64,000 nt of DNA from assembly GCA_965644265.1 (NCBI GenBank), contig OZ286464.1, positions 89,342,001 through 89,406,000 of the forward strand, given 5' to 3'. Below the pieces are notes generated by a model. The model worked only from the letters and a program-made list of their open reading frames with translations. It was not told the origin of the DNA and made no database searches. Both the position numbers and the translations under genes were made by a program. Source of the stretch: Glycera tridactyla. Its lineage: Eukaryota. Within the stretch, counting starts at the first letter, position 1; every line of letters begins with the position of its first letter. Positions 57,770-64,000 of the stretch are shown here, in pieces.

Positions 57770-60700
57770 CGGGTCAGTCACAATCAGGGGGTCCAATTCA
57801 AAAGTTGCTTCGTTATGCCTATATAATAGTTCATGGGGAAGACATCAAGAGTTGTATCTGTTTCTAATACAAATAATGGGGTAGATGCAAATGGGAGCAA
57901 ATAAAAAATAAGCATTTTTGTTGAAATTCTTGATCCTGTGTGACACAAGGCACCTGAAATGAATGGCTAAATGAGCGTTATGCTGTAACATTTCAAAAAT
58001 GCTAAAATTTTCACTCATTTTTGAAGTACAATATTTGTATTACATTCATTGTGTTGGATAATCCATTCTTGACAAACCTCTCAAATTTATTTTGCAGTTT
58101 ATTTCGAGTGAATATGTCTGCTCAAAATGAAACTGTGCCACTATGAGTGTCAACACCTCTTCGTTATGGTTTTTGCTTTTTTCACATTTTGACTAATAAT
58201 TCACCCTCTCCTACTTCCAAAAGTATATGGAAATATTCACTACATGTTCATTTTCATCTGCACATGTGTTTGGCATAATTCAGCATCATATCTCCCATCA
58301 CCATTGGCAGCAGGTAACTCTTGTTGGCATATTAGTAACATGGAAATCTGCGTCACTTTTTTTGGTAGTGTCCGTGACATGCCAATATCTTCAAGCCATT
58401 ATGACAGCTGAAAGATCTGATGTCACCAACCAATAGGACACTGGATGCCTACATAAAATCCAACAATAGTGTTTCTGTAATGATGAATGTACACTTTGAG
58501 TGATGGCATCATGCACAGATGTAGTGTCCGTGACATTTGTAGTGTCCGTGACACCTAATCCAATCTCACAAAAAAGTATTTTAACATGCTTTCATCTACA
58601 TATTCCTACACTGCCTTGACATCTGGAAAGGAATGAGTTGAATAGCACCATAAAGAATTAATTTATCTTATCACAATATCCACTTTTGAGTATAAATCAC
58701 AAAATATACTGAAATATGGATTTGTAGACATTTGAATGAAGAATCTGATGCCAGACTTCATGGTTAACAGCAGGGAGCATTTTTCTGAGTTTATTGAAGA
58801 AGAATGTACTGATATTTCCATCAGGAGACTTGGGAATTCTGCACATAGAAACGATATAGCAAGTGTCACGGACACTACATCACACAACAATTCACCATAG
58901 AGACATTTGAATAAAGAATCTGATGCCAGACTTCATGGTTATCAGCAGGGAGCATTTTCTGAGCTATTGAAAGAGAATTGTACTGATATTTCCATAATGA
59001 GACCTGGGAATTCTGCACATAGAAATAATCTAGTAAGTGTCACGGACACTACAGCACAACAATTCACCATGGAGCTTCATTTTTTGTTTATCATGAACTA
59101 CACCATCAATGGGCTGAAAACTTTATTTCTTTTGAGTTTCAGACCATGATTTAGTCTGAACTGGTTCTGTGATTGCTCTGAAATAATTGCTGTGACTGAA
59201 AATATCAATATGGCAAGAACAATAAGATGCATGATTGAGCGGTCTGCATGAAGAACTGTATTGAATAGACAGAGTCCAAAGAGTAACTTTGAAAGGTATC
59301 AATAGGTGCTACATAAATCTAGGAGAGAAGTGACTAGAGAGACTTCAAAATGAAATGAATTCCATCTGCATCTAAAGAGGAAGCCCAAAGAGTAGAGTTG
59401 AAGGCAAGAACTTTGAATGAATTTCTCTTATTTTTCCAGACACAGGTTGTGCGAACTATGATTGGATTTTGAAAGTATAAATGTAAAGGGCAATAAAGGT
59501 ATTCTGACCTATTTGCTCTCTCTATAATGTATTGTAATAATGAAATCCAAGGAATATAAAAGATAATCACTACATTGTCAAATTTCAAGAGAAATATCAC
59601 ACATCCACTAGATTATTTGTAGCCTGTATGTTACAGCTGTAGTGAATATGACAAGAGTACATTCAACAGAGCTTTCTGCACAAGCAAATGTAGAAATCAT
59701 TGCATCTCATTGTTATTTCAATGTTGGGTGTTATAGTTTGTCCTATTAGCATCCTTGAGAACTCGACTTGAACTGTCTCTTATAGGATATAATTTCAATT
59801 TCCGCGCTGATGATTTATGAAAACTTTGAAGTTCATCTTTGAAATATATTTCCTGCATTATCAACATTTCATGGACTGAAGGTGCACCTAGCCTTAAAGA
59901 TGGCCTAAATCTTGTCTAGGAACTCTATCTTCCATTGAGGGTTGACTCCATTAGCTGATGCTTGTTGGACATCTGCAGTCATGGCTGGCATTCATGGGGA
60001 GGGGGGGGGGGGGGGGGGGGGCTGCCTTGAGGCAGCCACCTTCTCTAGAAAAATCCATTCTTAAATTTTAGCATTTTTGCCTCCAAGATCAACACATCTC
60101 CTTGAAAGAGATAAGACCCCATACATCAATGGGAATCATTGGGTGTCTAGGCAGTTAGGAACAGCCACCATCTTGATGAAAATCCATTCCTGAAGAGAAT
60201 TTTTTGTCCCTTAAATCAATCAGCCTTGTTTGGAAACCCCTTCCATGGCTGGCATTCATTGAGGAATATCAGAAAAAACATCTGTGTCGAGTTTGATGTT
60301 ACTGGATACTTGAAAATTCATCAGAGATGGCAAGACCAAGTCATTTAGAAAAGCAACATTTTGCTCAAAAATCATCTATCTGGCATGTATTAATCTATTA
60401 TGTGCAGAATACAATCATGGCGGATATAAATTTCAATGAAGAATCATCCCCAAACTGAACCTGAATCGTTGATGGTAAAGTCTAATCATGCAGAACATCG
60501 GGATGCTGTTTTGTTGATGGCTGGATATTAGTTAATGCATTGGGGCATTTACATGGCAATATTCATTGGGCAAGGCCCCCTAGTTGCTGACCAAAGGGAC
60601 TTGACCTTGATGCAGCTCTGGATGCCTACGCCTATGCTGGCACGACCAAAATACCTACCTCCACTTTGTTGAGGCAAGGTGAAAATGATATCTACATTCA

Positions 60701-61757
60701 AAGATTCATGTGTTGTCTACCAGAATGATGGTGATAAAATAATCTGATGGCATTTATCAGTCTTGGATATCATTTGTAACTTGCATATCATGCATTCAGT
60801 AAATTTGTGTAGTGTCCGTGACGAAAGTTGCAAAGTACAACCAACAGAGCTGTATGCAAAAACAAAATTAGAATGTATTGTATCCTACTTAACATTACAG
60901 TGCAAGTTGTTGTACTTTGATTTATGATCATTTTTTAAGTTATATGTTAACCTGCTGCTGCCATATTCTCTTTACCCTCTCTGCAATGCTGCTCTATCGA
61001 TCAAATTCTCAAAGTTTATTTGAAAAAATCATTCCCATATCATCTTCAATCAATGAAATTATTGTTCATATCCGAGGATGCATATGTTTGATTGATAGAA
61101 TTCCAATATTCAATCAGATTGACAGCAAACTTCTGTCTTGAGTAGGCTCCATAAGTTGAATATGTTACAAAGGTGAATTATGTAGTGTCCGTGACTGAAA
61201 CTACACTACTGTATTGACTTGCGAATAATTTCAGAGAACTGCGTCAAAAATATAAATCAAATATTTTCACACTGACTTGACTATCTGCACATTGTAATGG
61301 AACATGAAACAGATGTATAATCTCCCAGACTAAGAACTGAGGTGAATCGGAAGAAACTGATGAAAAAGTCAGTAAAAATTTCCATTTTTTCAGATGATTT
61401 AGTCTGATTGTATTTTGTGAGAAATTATGCCATATGTCTTCAACTGTCGATAATTTTACTTTGTGAATGCATAAATTATACTTGGATTCTCTTCAAATGC
61501 TGGACATTTCATTTATCTACGAAGCGTGAATACAATTCTTTCACAACATACAACATTTTTGTAGTGTCCGTGACACATGAATACCTCATGGAAACATGTA
61601 GCCCTGGCAATAATAATGACGTTTGGTTCACAAAATTTCAGGATCCAATGCTCCAAAGTGTATGGTTCATGATACAAATAGTTTTGAATAAATTTAACAA
61701 ATATGAAATTTTGACCATTTCGTTACAAAATTGTACCCCCTGATTGTGACTGACCCG
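57770..61757. mobile_element. About 4-kb non-autonomous TIR DNA transposon (Academ-like by end structure)
   Basis: 29-bp TIR CGGGTCAGTCACAATCAGGGGGT(C/A)CAATT with one mismatch; AGA on both flanks (3-bp TSD); 8 internal copies of GTAGTGTCCGTGAC; no intact ORF. Confidence 0.8.
58726..59070. repeat. About 175-bp tandem duplication inside the 4-kb element
   Basis: agacatttgaat..gaatctgatgccagacttcatgg...gtcacggacactac..caacaattcaccat occurs twice. Confidence 0.9.
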
Positions 61758-61907
61758 AGAGCATTAATGATCGCCTTCAATCAAGCCGGGTCAGACTACT
61801 GTCATTGACTAAACTGGATGGATATGTTTCTTATATCACAAATCTCAATTGGATTGAAATGAATATACTCACTGATATACTATGTTGACATATCTGACTG
61901 GAAATGT

Positions 61908-62210
61908 GATGAACCTGATTGGTTCAGAAGAGGGGTGGCCGAAGCAGTGTACATCTCCAGAACAGACCCCCCCCACTCAACAGGGATCGGGGCCGGCACA
62001 CTCTCCCGCCTATATATCGGGAGCTTCTCCAGTCACGTGACCTCGCTACGATCTACAGGTCACGTGACACCACCACCAAGCCAGCTCAGTAGCAACTCGC
62101 TGAGGAGAGAATCCGGATGGGTTCTGAAAGCTTCGACTTTCATCAAAAATCACTGTGAGTACCGTGAAACTTCTCCCTTATAAGATGACCATGTTGTTTA
62201 CTTTTTCACC
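61908..62210 (+). mobile_element. 5'-truncated Penelope-like element (GIY-YIG C-terminus plus 3' region)
   Basis: DEPDWFRRGVAEAVYISRTDP / PLNRDRGRHTLPPIYRELL with one frameshift in a C8 run; matches the PLE WFxRGVKEAIYI...LNRDxGR pattern. Confidence 0.85.
62094..62139 (+). ncRNA. minimal type I hammerhead ribozyme
   Basis: CUGAGGA core, stem II AGAAUC/GGUUCU with CGGAUG loop, GAAA, palindromic AGCU in place of stem III, stem I UCG/CGA. Confidence 0.75.
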
Positions 62211-63813
62211 CAAGCGCACAAAATATGTTAATTTCATGTTGGTTGCACAGCAAGTGCAGCAGCCGTATCTACATTGCTCCAGATACGACAGATCAGCTTA
62301 TAATGCCAGCAGTTCTGCTGTGAAAATACAATGAAATGCAAGCATATCCTCTTCAAAAGCATACAGACTGAACAAAAGCAGGTTTGATAATAACCAGGAA
62401 ACCTATACAATAGCCACACATCTCGGATTATTGTGGAAAATGTTACATTGTGATGCAAAGTATCATTTTGCACAATATGATACAGCTATAAGCCCTGGTG
62501 TCTCTGATAATGACTCTGAAGGTGGAGCTGGTGTTATATGAAAGGTAGCTGGTAGCCCTGTTCCTGGTTCATGCATGTGTTTTTCAATATGAATTGATTG
62601 CTACTGCTATCACCAAAATAGCATGTTAGGTTTGATTCTGGTTTGGTTGAGGTTTAATGGCATTTATCATCCCGAATCATGTATGCCATGCATTCTAGGT
62701 CTACGGAAGTTAAATACTCGGTCCCCTATCAGAACAGGCAACATAACTATTGGTTCTGATGACACGTTTAATACTCTGAACTTTAAACTTTCAGCAACAT
62801 CCATGTGGAGAAAAGGGGATTTTATTCCCTTCTTCGGGAAGAAATTGCAGATGCATGTAAGAGTCACATCCCTGGAAATCTTAAACCACCAATACTTACA
62901 GATTTCTATCTATACAATCTGTGGCCATAATCGATCATATGACATGATATTTTGTTCATGAGATTATGGATCCACTAAAAATATTCATCAATAATCAATA
63001 ATTCTCAGAATCACAGTATAAATGGTGGTAGCAATAATTTCATATAACATCCATCAGGATTCTTTTTTTCTTCTTCTCAATAACTCAATGTCATAATGAT
63101 TTTGATCATAATCATACCTGCATCAAGTATGGTATGGTTCATTCATTCCATGAAAACTACATTCTTGATTGTATCCCACTAAAGCCCAAGCACCGAATAG
63201 CAAAACATCACCACCAATACTTTCCAACAAGAGATATCAGGAGAATTTTCCAGCATGTTTCCTCTTGGACTGTCCTTTGCTTCAGAAGGCTTGTTCTTGA
63301 TAAAGCGTGTAGCCACAATTGCCAGGCCAATCACAAATCTTTCCACAAGGCACACCTGCTGATTCCAGCTCGATTTCACCGGTGGTCGTTAGATGATGGT
63401 ATTCTTCCCGAGCAGTGAAATCCAATCATGTTAGCCATAGATCAAGTCTTGGTCGAAATCAGTGGGAAGGACTTGCAGAAAAGGCAATAATTGGATGGCA
63501 CTTTGGGCCGATTACTCGTCTTCTAAAACCCAAGACAATCTGAGTGATGGCCAGATCTGAGCAAGTCATTCACCCACCATTCCTCCAGTTGCAACTGTTT
63601 GGTTTGAAAATATACTCAACATTTGTGATAAACTGCATGGAAATTTTCCAAAAACAGCAGGCATTTGGAAGGATAAGCCTAATTTTTCAGACCATCAGAT
63701 ACTCTGACAGGTTAGTGGGCCCCTATGGCCTGGAAATTAGCCACAGCTCTCCCATTCATCTACGGTTGATAAGGAGGAGGGCAAAGTGACCCAACATAGG
63801 ACATGTTGATGGT

Positions 63814-63864
<51 letters not shown>

Positions 63865-64000
63865 GAATTCTTAACAATCAAACAAAAATGACCACATGGT
63901 CCAGGGCGCGAAGAGATCGCCTCCCGAACGTCCCGGGCGTGCCGATATCGCCGTCGGGCGGGTAGATTTTAAAGTTACACGTCTTTTTCGGGCGGGCTCC

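Noticed and set aside
63130-63640. Coding-like segment with short ORFs on both strands
   Set aside because: No diagnostic motif; not assignable by eye

Overview
Eukaryotic genomic DNA from an invertebrate bilaterian (AT-rich, CpG-poor, repeat-dense, three N gaps). The window holds most of one minus-strand gene, a K-Cl cotransporter (KCC, SLC12A4-7 subfamily). I assembled 22 phase-compatible coding exons between 33972 and 1036 (2687 nt, about 895 codons). The 3' end runs off the left edge, and the true first exon is either a candidate at 39141-39195 or lies beyond 64000. Three introns are U12-type (GTATCCTT donors with CCTTRAC branch points); two of them flank one 90-nt exon. There is also a candidate frame-preserving 6-nt microexon (32954-32959). 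The remainder is intronic or upstream DNA packed with mobile elements: many TA-flanked CAGT-ended MITEs (one nested), two CpG-rich 1.1-1.3 kb relatives sharing an internal core, a hAT MITE with a perfect 8-bp TSD, a 4-kb TIR element with a 3-bp TSD and eight exact copies of a 14-mer, SINE-like families, decayed LINE and Gypsy fragments, and a Penelope-like 3' end carrying a minimal hammerhead ribozyme. All calls were made by eye; no database searches were run.
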